From: Macrostomum lignano
Taxonomy: Eukaryota
Assembly: GCA_002269645.1 (NCBI GenBank)
Contig: NIVC01000286.1
Coordinates: forward strand, 124,001 to 188,000
Direction: 5' to 3'
DNA length: 64,000 nucleotides
Notes under the pieces: model-generated
Databases searched by the model: none
What the model saw: only the letters and a program-made list of their open reading frames with translations
What the model was told of the DNA's origin: nothing
Translations under genes and position numbers: made by a program
Shown here: one piece after another, positions 14,001-26,787 of the stretch
Numbering within the stretch: position 1 is the stretch's first letter
How the letters are laid out: each line of letters starts with the position of its first letter

Positions 14001-17000
14001 GCTTGAAGCCGAATCTGATGCAGACACTGGCTGGCGGGCCCTGCCTTGTCCATTGCGGCCCGTTTGCCAACATAGCGCACGGTAATTCCAGCGTTGTAGC
14101 CGACCAGGTCGCTATGAAATTGGTTGGCCCTTCTGGTTTTGCCGTGACGGAATCCGGTTTCGGCTCCGATATGGGCTTTGAGAAGGGAATGCACATCAAG
14201 TGCCGCAGTTCGGGGCTTCAACCGCACAGCGTCGTTCTGGTGGCCACAGTTCGGGCCTTGAAATATCACGGCGGCGGGCCAAAGATTCTTGGCGGCGGCG
14301 CTCCCCTGCCCGACGAATATCGGCGCGAATCGGTGGACCTGGTCGTGAAGGGCTGCGAGAATCTGGCTCAGCACGTGGCTATTGTTAGGTTAGCTCTCAT
14401 TGGAGGATAGCGGGTCTCATTGGAGGGTTGTGTGTCTCATTGGAGGGTTGCTGGTCTCATTGGAGGGTTGTGTGTCTCATTGGAGGGTTGCTGGTCTCAT
14501 TGGAGGGTTGTGTGTCTCATTGGAGGGTTGTGTGTCTCATTGGAGGGTTGTGTGTCTCATTGGAGGGTTGTGCGTCTCATTGGAGGGTTGTGTGTCTCAT
14601 TGGAGGGTTGTGTGTCTCATTGGAGGGGTTTTTGTCTCATTGGAGGGTTGTGTGTCTCATTGGAGGGTTGTGTGTCTCATTGGAGGGTTGTGTGTCTCAT
14701 TGGAGGGTTGTGTGTCTCATTGGAGGGTTGTGTGTCTCATTGGAGGGTTGTGTGTCTCATTGGAGGGTTGTGTGTCTCATTGGAGGGTTGTGTGTCTCAT
14801 TGGAGGGTTGTGTGTCTCATTGGAGGGTTGTGTGTCTCATTGGAGGGTTGTGTGTCTCATTGGAGGGTTGTGTGTCTCATTGGAGGGTTGTGTGTCTCAT
14901 TGGAGGGTTGTGTGTCTCATTGGAGGGTTGTGTGTCTCATTGGAGGGTTGTGTGTCTCATTGGAGGGTTGTGTGTCTCATTGGAGGGTTGCTTGTCTCAT
15001 TGGAGGGTTGCTGGTCTCATTGGAGGGTAGCGGTCTCATTGGAGGATTGCGGGTCTCATTGGAGGGTTGCTGGTCTCATTGGAGGGTTGCGGGTCTCATT
15101 GGAGGGTTGTGTGTCTCATTGGAGGATTGCGGGTCTCATTGGAGGGTTGCTGGTCTCATTGAAGGGTTGCGGGTTTCATTGGAGGGTTGTGTGTCTCATT
15201 GGAGGGTTGCTGGTCTCATTGGAGGGTAGCGGGTCTCATTGAAGGGTTGTGTCTCATTGGAGGGTTGTGTGTCTCATTAGAGGGTCGCTGGTCTCATTGG
15301 AGGGTAGCGGGTCTCATTGGAGGGTTGTGTGTCTCATTGGAGGGTCGCTGGTCTCATTGGAGGGTAGCGGGTCTCATTGGAGGGTTGTGTGTCTCATTGG
15401 AGGGTCGCTGGTCTCATTGGAGGGTAGCGGGTCTCATTGGAGGGTTGTGTGTCTCATTGGAGGGTCGCTGGTCTCATTGGAGGGTAGCGGGTCTCATTGG
15501 AGGGTTGTGTGTCTCATTGGAGGGTTGTGTGTCTCATTGGAGGGTTGTGTGTCTCATTGGAGGGTCGCTGGTCTCATTGGAGGGTTGTGTGGTCTCATTG
15601 GAGGGTTGTGTGTCTCATTCGAGGGTTGTGGTCTCATTGGAGGGTTGCTGGTCTCATTGGAGGGTTGCTGGTCTCATTGGAGGGTTGCGGTCTCATTAGG
15701 AGGGTTGCTGGTCTCATTGGAGGGTTGCTGGTCTCATTGGAGGGTTGCGGTCTCATTGGAGGGTTGCGTGTCTCATTGGAGGGTTGCGTGTCTCATTGGA
15801 GGGTTGCTGGTCTCATTGGAGGGTTGCTGGTCTCATTGGAGGGTTGCTGGTCTCATTGGAGGGTTGTGTGTCTCATTGGAGGGTTGTGTGTCTCATTGAG
15901 GGTTGCTGGTCTCATTGGAGGGTTGCTGGTCTCATTGGAGGGTTGCTGTCTCATTGGAGGGTTGCGGGTCTCATTGGAGGGTTGTGTGTCTCATTGGAGG
16001 GTTGCGGTCTCATTGGAGGGTTGTGTGTCTCATTGGAGGGTTGCTGGTCTCATTGGAGGGTAGCGGTCTCATTGGAGGGTTGTGTGTCTCATTCGAGGGT
16101 TGCTGGTCTCATTGGAGGGTTGCGTGTCTCATTGGAGGGTTGTGTGTCTCATTGGAGGGTTGTGTGTCTCATTGGAGGGTTGTGTGTCTCATTGGAGGGT
16201 TGTGTGTTCATTGGAGGGTCGCTGGTCTCATTGGAGGGTAGCGGTCTCATTGGAGGGTTTGGTCTCATTGGAGGCTTGTGTGTCTCATTGGAGGGTTGTG
16301 GTCTCATTGGAGGGTTGCTGGTCTCATTGGAGGGTTGCTGGTCTCATTGGAGGGTTGCTGGTCTCATTGGAGGGTTGCGGGTCTCATTGAGGGTTGCGGG
16401 TCTCATTGGAGGGTTGCTGGTCTCATTGAAGGGTTGCGGGTCTCATTGGAGGGTTGCGGGTCTCATTGGAGGGTTGTGTGTCTCATTGGAGGGTTGCTGG
16501 TCTCATTGAGGGTTGCTGGTCTCATTGGAGGGTTGTGTGTCTCATTGGAGGGTTGTGTGTCTCATTGGAGGGTTGTGTGTCTCATTGGAGGGTTGTGTGT
16601 CTCATTGGAGGGTTGTGTGTCTCATTGGAGGGTTGTGTGTCTCATTGGAGGGTTGTGTGTCTCATTGGAGGGTTGTGTGTCTCATTGGAGGGTTGTGTGT
16701 CTCATTGGAGGGTTGTGTGTCTCATTGGAGGGTTGTGTGTCTCATTGGAGGGTTGTGTGTCTCATTGGAGGGTTGTGTCTCATTGGAGGGTTGTGGTCTC
16801 ATTGGAGGGTAGCGGTCTCATTGGAGGGTTGTGTCTCATTGGAGGGTTGTGTGTCTCATTGGAGGGTCGCTGGTCTCATTGGAGGGTAGCGGGTCTCATT
16901 GGAGGGTTGTGTGTCTCATTGGAGGGTCGCTGGTCTCATTGGAGGGTAGCGGGTCTCATTGGAGGGTTGTGTGTCTCATTGGAGGGTCGCTGGTCTCATT

Positions 17001-20000
17001 GGAGGGTAGCGGGTCTCATTGGAGGGTTGTGTGTCTCATTGGAGGGTCGCTGGTCTCATTGGAGGGTAGCGGGTCTCATTGGAGGGTTGTGTGTCTCATT
17101 CGAGGGTTGTGTGTCTCATTGGAGGGTTGTGTGTCTCATTGGAGGGTTGTGTGTCTCATTGGAGGGTTGTGTGTCTCATTGGAGGGTTGCTGGTCTCATT
17201 GGAGGGTTGCTGGTCTCATTGGAGGGTTGTGTGTCTCCTTGAAGGGTTGTGTGTCTCATTGGAGGGTTGCTGGTCTCATTAGAGGGTTGCTGGTCTCATT
17301 GGAGGGTAGCGGGTCTCATTGGAGGGTTGCTGGTCTCATTAGAGGGTTGCTGGTCTCATTGGAGGGTTGCGTGTCTCATTGGAGGGTTGTGTGTCTCATT
17401 GGAGGGTTGCTGGTCTCATTGGAGGGTTGCGGTCTCATTGGAGGGTTGCTGTGTCTCATTAGAGGGTTGCTGGTCTCATTGGAGGGTTGCGTGTCTCATT
17501 GGAGGGTTGTGTGTCTCATTGGAGGGTTGTGTGTCTCATTGGAGGGTTGTGTGTCTCATTGGAGGGTTGTGTGTCTCATTGGAGGGTCGTGGTCTCATTG
17601 GAGGGTTGTGGTCTCATTGGAGGGTTGTGTGTCTCATTGGAGGGTTGTGTGTCTCATTGGAGGGTTGTGGTCTCATTGGAGGGTTGTGTGTCTCATTGGA
17701 GGGTTGCTGGTCTCATTGGAGGGTTGCTGGTCTCATTGGAGGGTTGTGTGTCTCATTGGAGGGTTGCTGGTCTCATTGGAGGGTTGCGGTCTCATTGGAG
17801 GGTTGTGTGTCTCATTCGAGGGTCGTGGTCTCATTGGAGGGTAGTGGTCTCATTGGAGGGTTGTGGTCTCATTCGAGGGTTGTGTGTCTCATTGGAGGGT
17901 TGTGTGTCTCATTGGAGGGTTGCTGGTCTCATTGGAGGGTTGCTGGTCTCATTGGAGGGTTGCTGGTCTCATTGGAGGGTTGCGGTCTCATTAGAGGGTT
18001 GCTGGTCTCATTGGAGGGTTGCTGGTCTCATTGGAGGGTTGCGGTCTCATTGGAGGGTTGCGTGTCTCATTGGAGGGTTGCTGTCTCATTAGAGGGTTGT
18101 GGTCTCATTGGAGGGTTGCTGTCTCATTGGAGGGTTGCTGTCTCATTGGAGGGTTGTGGTCTCATTGGAGGGTTGCTGGTCTCATTGAGGGTTGCTGGTC
18201 TCATTGGAGGGTTGCTGGTCTCATTGGAGGGTTGTGTGTCTCATTGGAGGGTTGCGGTCTCATTGGAGGGTTGTGTGTCTCATTGGAGGGTTGCTGGTCT
18301 CATTGGAGGGTTGCGGGTCTCATTGGAGGGTTGTGTGTCTCATTGGAGGGTTGCGGGTCTCATTGGAGGGTTGTGTGTCTCATTGGAGGGTTGCTGGTCT
18401 CATTGGAGGGTTGCGTGTCTCATTGGAGGGTTGTGTGTCTCATTGGAGGGTTGTGTGTCTCATTGGAGGGTTGCGTGTCTCATTGGAGGGTTGTGTGTCT
18501 CATTGGAGGGTTGTGGTCTCATTGGAGGGTTGTGTGTCTCATTGGAGGGTTGTGTGTCTCATTGGAGGGTGTGGTCTCATTGGAGGGTTGTGGTCTCATT
18601 GGAGGGTTGCTGGTCTCATTGGAGGGTTGTGGTCTCATTGGAGGGTTGTGTCTCATTGGAGGGTTGCTGGTCTCATTGGAGGGTTGCTGGTCTCATTGGA
18701 GGGTTGCTGGTCTCATTGGAGGGTTGCGGGTCTCATTGGAGGGTTGCGGGTCTCATTGGAGGGTTGCTGGTCTCATTGGAGGGTTGCGGTCTCATTGGAG
18801 GGTTGCTGGTCTCATTGGAGGGTTGTGTGTCTCATTGGAGGGTTGTGTGTCTCATTGGAGGGTTGTGTGTCTCATTGGAGGGTTGTGTGTCTCATTGGAG
18901 GGTTGTGTGTCTCATTGGAGGGTTGTGTGTCTCATTGGAGGGTTGTGTGTCTCATTGGAGGGTTGTGTGTCTCATTGGAGGGTTGTGTGTCTCATTGGAG
19001 GGTTGTGTGTCTCATTGGAGGGTTGTGTGTCTCATTGGAGGGTTGTGTGTCTCATTGGAGGGTTGTGTCTCATTGGAGGGTTGTGGTCTCATTGGAGGGT
19101 TGTGTGTCTCATTGGAGGGTTGTGGTCTCATTGGAGGGTCGCGGTCTCATTGGAGGGTAGCGTCTCATTGGAGGGTTGTGTGTCTCATTGGAGGGTCGCT
19201 GGTCTCATTGGAGGGTAGCGGGTCTCATTGGAGGGTTGTGTGTCTCATTGGAGGGTCGCTGGTCTCATTGGAGGGTAGCGGGTCTCATTGGAGGGTTGTG
19301 TGTCTCATTGGAGGGTTGCTGGTCTCATTGGAGGGTTGCTGGTCTCATTGGAGGGTTGTGTGTCTCATTGGAGGGTTGCTGGTCTCATTGGAGGGTTGCT
19401 GGTCTCATTAGAGGGTTGTGGTCTCATTGGAGGGTTGTGTGTCTCATTGGAGGGTTGCTGGTCTCATTAGAGGGTTGCTGGTCTCATTGGAGGGTTGCGG
19501 GTCTCATTGGAGGGTTGCTGGTCTCATTAGAGGGTTGCTGGTCTCATTGGAGGGTTGCGTGTCTCATTGGAGGGTTGTGTGTCTCATTGGAGGGTTGCTG
19601 GTCTCATTGGAGGGTTGCGTGTCTCATTGGAGGGTTGCTGGTCTCATTGAGGGTTGCTGGTCTCATTGGAGGGTTGCGTGTCTCATTGGAGGGTTGTGTG
19701 TCTCATTGGAGGGTTGTGTGTCTCATTGGAGGGTTGTGTGTCTCATTGGAGGGTTGTGTGTCTCATTGGAGGGTTGCTGGTCTCATTGGAGGGTTGCTGG
19801 TCTCATTGGAGGGTTGTGTGTCTCATTGGAGGGTTGTGTGTCTCATTGGAGGGTTGTGTGTCTCATTGGAGGGTTGTGTGTCTCATTGGAGGGTTGCTGG
19901 TCTCATTGGAGGGTTGCTGGTCTCATTGGAGGGTTGCGGGTCTCATTGAGGGTTGCGGTCTCATTGGAGGGTTGCTGGTCTCATTGAGGGTTGCGGTCTC

Positions 20001-23000
20001 ATTGGAGGGTTGCTGGTCTCATTGAAGGGTTGTGTGTCTCATTGGAGGGTTGTGTGTCTCATTGGAGGGTCGCTGGTCTCATTGGAGGGTAGCGGGTCTC
20101 ATTGGAGGGTTGTGTGTCTCATTCGAGGGTTGTGTGTCTCATTGGAGGGTTGCTGGTCTCATTGGAGGGTTGCTGGTCTCATTGGAGGATTGCGGTCTCA
20201 TTAGAGGGTTGCTGGTCTCATTGGAGGGTTGCTGGTTTCATTAGAGGGTTGCTGGTCTCATTGGAGGGTTGCGTGTCTCATTGGAGGGTTGCGTGTCTCA
20301 TTGGAGGGTTGTGTGTCTCATTGGAGGGTTGCTGGTCTCATTAGAGGGTTGCTGGTCTCATTGGAGGGTTGCCGGTCTCATTGGAGGGTTGTGTGTCTCC
20401 TTGAAGGGTTGTGTCTCTCATTGGAGGGTTGCTGGTCTCATTAGAGGGTTGCTGGTCTCATTGGAGGGTTGCGGTCTCATTGGAGGGTTGTGTGTCTCAT
20501 TGGAGGGTTGCTGGTCTCATTGGAGGGTTGCGGTCTCATTGGAGGGTTGCTGGTCTCATTAGAGGGTTGCTGGTCTCATTGGAGGGTTGCGTGTCTCATT
20601 GGAGGGTTGTGTGTCTCATTGAGGGTTGTGTGTCTCATTGGAGGGTTGTGTGTTCATTGGAGGGTTGCTGGTCTCATTGGAGGGTAGCGGGTCTCATTGG
20701 AGGGTTTCCGGTCTCATTGGAGGCTTGTGTGTCTCATTGGAGGGTTGCTGGTCTTATTGGAGGGTAGCGGGTCTCATTGAAGGGTTGCGGTCTCATTGGA
20801 GGGTTGCTGGTCTCATTGAAGGGTTGCGGGTTTCATTGGAGGATTGCGGTCTCATTGGAGGGTTGTGTGTCTCATTGGGGGTTGCTGGTCTCATTGAGGG
20901 TTGCTGGTCTCATTGGAGGGTTGCGTGTCTCATTGGAGGGTTGTGTGTCTCATTGGAGGGTTGTGTGTCTCATTGGAGGGTTGTATGTCTCATTGGAGGG
21001 TTGTGTGTCTCATTGGAGGGTTGTGTGTCTCATTGGAGGGTTGTGTGTCTCATTGGAGGGTTGTGTGTCTCATTGGAGGGTTGTGTGTCTCATTGGAGGG
21101 TTGTGTGTCTCATTGGAGGGTTGTGTGTCTCATTGGAGGGTTGTGTGTCTCATTGGAGGGTTGTGTGTCTCATTGGAGGGTTGTGTGTCTCATTGGAGGG
21201 TTGCTTGTCTCATTGGAGGGTTGCTGGTCTCATTGGAGGGTAGCGGGTCTCATTGGAGGATTGCGGGTCTCATTGGAGGGTTGTGTGTCTCATTGGAGGG
21301 TTGTGTGTCTCATTGGAGGGTTGTGTGTCTCATTGGAGGGTTGCTGGTCTCATTGGAGGGTAGCGGGTCTCATTGAAGGGTTGTGTCTCATTGGAGGGTT
21401 GTGTGTCTCATTGGAGGGTCGCTGGTCTCATTGGAGGGTAGCGGGTCTCATTGGAGGGTTGTGTGTCTCATTGGAGGGTCGCTGGTCTCATTGGAGGGTA
21501 GCGGGTCTCATTGGAGGGTTGTGTGTCTCATTGGAGGGTCGCTGGTCTCATTGGAGGGTAGCGGGTCTCATTGGAGGGTTGTGTGTCTCATTGGAGGGTC
21601 GCTGGTCTCATTGGAGGGTAGCGGGTCTCATTGGAGGGTTGTGTGTCTCATTCGAGGGTTGTGTGTCTCATTGGAGGGTTGTGTGTCTCATTGGAGGGTC
21701 GCTGGTCTCATTAGAGGGTCGCTGGTCTCATTGGAGGGTAGCGGGTCTCATTGGAGGGTTGTGTGTCTCATTGGAGGGTTGCTGGTCTCATTGGAGGGTT
21801 GCGGGTCTCATTGGAGGGTTGTGTGTCTCATTGGAGGATTGCGGGTCTCATTGGAGGGTTGCTGGTCTCATTGAAGGGTTCTGGTCTGATTGGAGGGTAG
21901 CAGGACCAACTGGAGGGTAGTGGAAGCAACTGGAGGGTAGTGGAAGCAACTGGAGGGTAGTGGAAGCAACTGGAGGGTAGTGGAAGCAACTGGAGGGTAG
22001 TGGAAGCAACTGGAGGGTAGTGGAAGCAACTGGAGGGAAGTGGAAGCAACTGGAGGGTAGTGGAAGCAACTGGAGGGTACTGGAACCAACTGGAGGGTAC
22101 TGGAACCAACTGGAGGGTACTGGAAGCAACTGGAGGGTAGTGGAAGCAACTGGAGGGTAGCGGTAGCAACTGGAGGGTACTGGAAGCAACTGGAGGGTAC
22201 TGGAAGCAACTGGAGGGTAGTGGAAGCAACTGGAGGGTAGTGGAAGCAACTGGAGGGTACTGGAAGCAACTGGAGGGTAGCGGGATTCTACTGAAGGGTG
22301 GCAAAGACAAACTGCAGCTGACGCTCACCACCTTCACAGATCCTTCAACCTGCCAGTAGTGGTAGCCGTCAACAAGTTCGGCACTGACACCCCAGCCGAG
22401 CTGGAAGCGGTTGTCAACGCCGCCAAAGCTTGCGGAGCCGCTGACGCGGTGATCTGCAATCACTGGGCCGAAGGCGGTCGCGGAGCTGACGCTCTAGCCA
22501 GAGCGCTGATGGCTCTGCCAGGCGGTAGCCAGCTGGGCTACCTGTACTCGCTTGACGATGGTCTGGAAGCTAAAATGACCGCCATCGCTAAGCGGGTGTA
22601 CGGTGCGGATGGTGTGCAGCTGACAGATTCAGCTAGGCAGCAATTGGATCGCCTGACTGAGCTGGGCTATGCCAGTGAGTACCGATCTCTCGTTTGTGCT
22701 GAGTGATTTAGAACTGGAATGGTTGTAGTGGTGAAATATAGTCAGATTCTCGGTTTTCAGATTAGTTGGGCTCTTTAATTAGATTAGATCATCCTAAGGC
22801 CTCAGGTAGGAACCTAAATTAGATTAGATCATCCTCAGACCTCAGGTAGGAACCTAAATTAGATTAGATCCTCAGGTGGGGTCCTAATTTAGATAAGATC
22901 CTCAGGTGGGGTCCTAAATTAGATTAGATCCTCAGGTGGGCTCCTAAATTAGATTAGATCCTCAGGTGGGGTCCTAAATTAGATAAGATCCTCAGGTGGG

Positions 23001-24319
23001 GTCCTAAATTAGATAAGATCCTCAGGTGGGGTCCTAAATTAGATAAGATCCTCAGGTGGGGTCCTAAATTGAATTAGATCCTCAGGTGGGGTCCTAAATT
23101 GGATTAGATTCTCAGGTGGGGTCCTAAATTGGATTAGATCCTCAGGTAGGAATCTAAGTTGGATTAGATCCTCAGGTAGGAATCTAAATTGGATTAGATC
23201 CTCAGGTAGGAATCTAAATTGGATTAGATCCTCAGGTAGGAATCTAAATTGGATCAGATCCTCAGTAGGAATCTAAATTAGATTAGATCCTCAGGTAGGA
23301 ATCTAAATTGGATTAGATCCTCAGGTAGGAATCTAAGTTGGATTAGATCCTCAGGTAGGAATCTAAATTGGATTAGATCCTCAGGTAGGAATCTAAATTG
23401 GATTAGATCCTCAGGTAGGAATCTAAATTGGATTAGATCCTCAGGTAGGAATCTAAGTTGGATTAGATCCTCAGGTAGGAATCTAAGTTGGATTAGATCC
23501 TCAGATAGGGATCTTAATTAGATTAGATCCTCAGGTGGGGTCCTAAATTAGATTAGATCCTCAGGTGGGAACCTAAATTAGATTAGATCCTCAGGTGGGG
23601 TCCTAAATTAGATTAGATTCTCAGGTAGGGATCTAAATTGGATTAGATCCTCAGGTGGGGTCCTAAATTGGATTAGATCCTCAGGTAGGAATCTAAGTTG
23701 GATTAGATCCTCAGGTAGGAATCTAAATTGGATTAGATCCTCAGGTAGGAATCTAAATTGGATTAGATCCTCAGGTAGGAATCTAAGTTGGATTAGATCC
23801 TCAGGTAGGAATCTAAATTGGATTAGATCCTCAGGTAGGAATCTAAGTTGGATTAGATCCTCAGGTAGGAATCTAAGTTGGATTAGATTCTCAGGTAGGA
23901 ATCTAAATTGGATTAGATCCTCAGGTAGGAATCTAAGTTGGATTAGATCCTCAGGTAGGGATCTAAATTGGATTAGATCCTCAGGTATAGAGACCTAATA
24001 ATTAGATCAGCAGTTTGGGTTTAAGCTGTGGACCCCACTAGCACACCTAATCGCAAACGCTCGCACATGAAAACGCGTCACCCCAGACCTGCCGGTGTGC
24101 ATGGCCAAGACCAACTTCAGCCTCAGCGACAACCCCAGCCTAGCTGGCAGGCCAACCGGCTTCACCGTCTGCGTCAGCGACCTGCGCCTCTCGGCCGGTG
24201 CCGGTTTCGTTTTCGCCGTCCTTGGTTCGATCTCCCTGATGCCGGGACTGCCAACCAGGCCATGCTTCTACGATGTGGATCTGGACTGCGAAACTGGAGA
24301 GGTGCTCGGGCTGATGTAA
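4957..24319 (+). CDS. MTHFD1: C-1-tetrahydrofolate synthase (trifunctional methylene-THF dehydrogenase/cyclohydrolase/formyl-THF synthetase), 5'-partial; join(4957-5041,5590-5939,7157-7301,10422-10715,11379-11548,12449-12636,12723-12991,13691-14388,22340-22674,24087-24319)
   Basis: All junctions are GT-AG with compatible phases, giving one frame of 921 aa to TAA. Motifs recognised from the MTHFD1 family: [37 protein letters not shown]-loop [36 protein letters not shown]. About 14 N-terminal codons are missing and their exon was not located. Confidence 0.96.
5590..5939 (+). CDS. MTHFD1: MTHFD1 exon, dehydrogenase/cyclohydrolase catalytic domain
   Basis: ORF 5584-5943: [11 protein letters not shown]...[10 protein letters not shown]...KDVDG...PCTPRG; donor ag|gtagtc. 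Confidence 0.95.
5995..7125. repeat. 35-bp minisatellite (taaaccttcccttcataatcctcctagtgccttca)
   Basis: Direct period count. Confidence 0.95.
7157..7301 (+). CDS. MTHFD1: MTHFD1 exon, NADP-binding region
   Basis: [32 protein letters not shown]; ttgcag acceptor, cag|gtgagt donor. Confidence 0.95.
7370..8848 (+). mobile_element. 5'-truncated, degenerate non-LTR retrotransposon (RTE-like reverse transcriptase) in an MTHFD1 intron
   Basis: [43 protein letters not shown]; YADD mutated to YAGG (8127-8138); [11 protein letters not shown]; stops and frameshifts; (TTG)n 3' tail near 8835-8848. Confidence 0.88.
9460..10330. repeat. 34/38-bp minisatellite (tagtgtcttcataaacctttattcatagtcttca)
   Basis: Direct period count. 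Confidence 0.95.
10422..10715 (+). CDS. MTHFD1: MTHFD1 exon
   Basis: [10 protein letters not shown]...[14 protein letters not shown]...[15 protein letters not shown]. Confidence 0.95.
10812..11205. repeat. 27-bp minisatellite (aattgatttttaggtcagtagcttact)
   Basis: Direct period count. Confidence 0.95.
11379..11548 (+). CDS. MTHFD1: MTHFD1 exon, start of synthetase domain
   Basis: [12 protein letters not shown]...EIG...[12 protein letters not shown]; donor aa|gtgagt. Confidence 0.93.
11590..12420. repeat. 24/26-bp minisatellite (ggtgtcagatagcgccatgacata) with longer compound units
   Basis: Direct reading. Confidence 0.95.
12449..12636 (+). CDS. MTHFD1: MTHFD1 exon with P-loop
   Basis: [23 protein letters not shown]...[12 protein letters not shown]. 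Confidence 0.95.
12723..12991 (+). CDS. MTHFD1: MTHFD1 exon
   Basis: [34 protein letters not shown]; follows an 86-nt intron. Confidence 0.95.
13035..13668. repeat. 46-bp minisatellite (tacaagtgtgtacaatgtacagctacagtacagaagagtgtacatg)
   Basis: Period 46; rich in TGTACA palindromes. Confidence 0.95.
13691..14388 (+). CDS. MTHFD1: MTHFD1 exon
   Basis: [14 protein letters not shown]...[15 protein letters not shown]...KPNLMQTL...[12 protein letters not shown]...VATVRALK. Confidence 0.96.
14393..21895. repeat. ~7.5-kb 20-bp minisatellite (gtgtctcattggagggttgt and 18-21-bp variants)
   Basis: Fills the MTHFD1 intron from just after the donor site. Confidence 0.97.
21896..22285. repeat. 20-bp minisatellite variant (gaagcaactggagggtagtg)
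   Basis: Shares the TGGAGGGT core with the upstream array. Confidence 0.95.
22340..22674 (+). CDS. MTHFD1: MTHFD1 exon
   Basis: [13 protein letters not shown]...HWAEGGRGA...[11 protein letters not shown]; donor a|gtgagt. Confidence 0.95.
22780..23995. repeat. 30-bp minisatellite (gattagatcctcaggtaggaatctaaattg)
   Basis: Direct period count. Confidence 0.95.
24087..24319 (+). CDS. MTHFD1: MTHFD1 terminal exon
   Basis: LPVCMAKT...AGAGFV...[16 protein letters not shown], stop TAA. Confidence 0.95.
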
Positions 24320-24364
24320 TTTTACACTGTTGAAGTGACGAAGCGTCACTAGGGCCAGGTTTTT

Positions 24365-25730
24365 GGCAGGTAGATTCAGATTCCAGCAGGTAGATTCAGG
24401 TCAGGTAGATTCAGGTCAGGTAGATTCAGATCGGATTCCATCAGGTAGATTCAGATCAGATTCCATCAGGTAGATTCAGGTCAGATTCCATCAGGTAGAT
24501 TCAGGTCAGATTCCATCAGGTAGATTCAGGTCAGATTCCATCAGGTAGATTCAGATCAGATTCCATCAGGTAGATTCAGATCAGATTCCATCAGGTAGAT
24601 TCAGATCAGATTCCATCAGGTAGATTCAGGTCAGATTCCATCAGGTAGATTCAGATCAGATTCCATCAGGTAGATTCAGGTCAGGTAGATTCAGATCGGA
24701 TTCCATCAGGTAGATTCAGGTCAGATTCCATCAGGTAGATTCAGATCAGATTTCATCAGGTAGATTCAGATCAGATTCCATCAGGTAGATTCAGGTCAGG
24801 TAGATTCAGGTCAGGTAGATTCAGGTCAGGTAGATTCAGGTCAGGTAGATTCAGATCAGATTCCATCAGGTAGATTCATGTCAGATTCCACAGGTAGATC
24901 TAGGTCAGGTAGATTCAGGTCAGGTAGATTCAGGTCAGGTAGATTCAGATCAGATTCCATCAGGTAGATTCATGTCAGGTAGATTCAGGTCAGATTCCAC
25001 AGGTAGATTTAGGTCAGGTAGATTCAGGTCAGGTAGATTCAGGTCAGGTAGATTCAGATTCCATCAGGTAGATTCAGGTCAGGTAGATTCAGGTCAGATT
25101 CCACAGGTAGATTTAGGTCAGGTAGATTCAGGTCAGGTAGATTCAGGTCAGGTAGATTCAGATCAGATTCCATCAGGTAGATTCATGTCAGGTAGATTCA
25201 GGTCAGATTCCACAGGTAGATTTAGGTCAGGTAGATTCAGGTCAGGTAGATTCAGATTCCATCAGGTAGATTCGGGTCAGGTAGATCCAGATTCCATCAG
25301 GTAGATTCAGGTCAGGTAGATTCGGGTCAGGTAGATCCAGATTCCATCAGGTAGATTTAGGTCAGGTAGATTCAGATTAGGTAGATTCAGGTCAGGTAGA
25401 TCCAGATTCCATCAGGTAGATTCAGATTAGGCAGATTCGGGTCAGGTAGATCCAGATTCCATCAGGTAGATTCAGATTAGGCAGATTCGGGTCAGGTAGA
25501 TCCAGATTCCATCAGGTAGATTCAGATTAGGCAGATTCGGGTCAGGTAGATCCAGATTCCATCAGGTAGATTCAGATTAGGCAGATTCGGGTCAGGTAGA
25601 TCCAGATTCCATCAGGTAGATTCAGATTAGGCAGATTCGGGTCAGGTAGATCCAGATTCCATCAGGTAGATTCAGATTAGGCAGATTCGGGTCAGGTAGA
25701 TCCAGATTCCATCAGGTAGATTCAGATTAT
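24365..25730. repeat. 15/25/40-bp compound minisatellite (caggtagattcagatcagattccat) just downstream of the MTHFD1 stop
   Basis: Direct reading. Confidence 0.95.
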
Positions 25731-26787
25731 ATCCAGTAAAGTTAGTTTGAGCAGATTCACAGACCATTCAGCGCCCCAAACTGAAACCATTTAATTTTTA
25801 ATTGTTTCGAATTAATTTTTTTGTAAATCTGATCGAAGTTTTCGCATAACGTCAGTTCATTTTTCATTTAAAAACCAGTTTTGCAATATAATTCGGAGTT
25901 GCGCAGAAATATAAACCAATAAATTTAATGTTTTTGCTTAGTGTTTTTATATTCGATTTCTTACTGCGAACCTTATAGCTTCATGATTATGATTAAATTT
26001 AGCTATTCGAAGCTGAGCCATAAAATGGTTCGCATTTTTCCAGTACCGCCTAGTTATAATTTTATCCGGTGTTTGCTAATCAATTAAAACAAACAATACT
26101 TCCCCAAGCACACTATAAAATTGATCTATTCGTTTCAATTTATTTTCTCCGTAATATTTCAATGTTTTGAAAGTAAATATATTAATAAAATTGTTTTTTT
26201 CGTTTGATTACTATTAGTAATATAGCTTCTTTAGTTATGATTAAATCTTCTTGAGCACTAAATATTGATTCTCAGTTGCTCTTTTGGGTCTGTCCAATAG
26301 CGGCATCATGCTGACCTGGGGAAGGTGGGGTGGGGACTTTAAAATGAAGCTACTCAGCTCATTCCCTACTCATGACTTCTCTGCCCCTTTGAGCAGCACT
26401 CCTTGCAACTGAGCGGATTACCGGACAGGTAAGTATAGATGTTATGTTAAAGCATATCCAGCCAAATGCAATGCCGCCTTTAATATTAGAATAATTTTAG
26501 CATCTAATCTTCGGTATTCGCAGCCAAAGAGCATAATTTACACAATGAACATCTGATGTACATGTACCTTAATTACATGCAAGTAGCCTGGTGCAACGCC
26601 TTCGGCGGCATCGTCCCCAACCAGCGCTGAGGCAATTAATTCCGCCCATTCCCCTGACTCTGAGCACATTCTTGTACAAGCGCACCAGTACACTGCACGC
26701 TGGCACGCAATCCCATACACGCTCTAGCTCGTACACAACAGAATTCGCATTATCATCATCATTCCATACGATGTATACCGACCTGTA

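Noticed and set aside
14400-22269. Dozens of long ORFs (up to 720 aa; [19 protein letters not shown] repeats)
   Set aside because: Translations of a stop-poor 20-bp minisatellite inside an MTHFD1 intron; open in all three frames.
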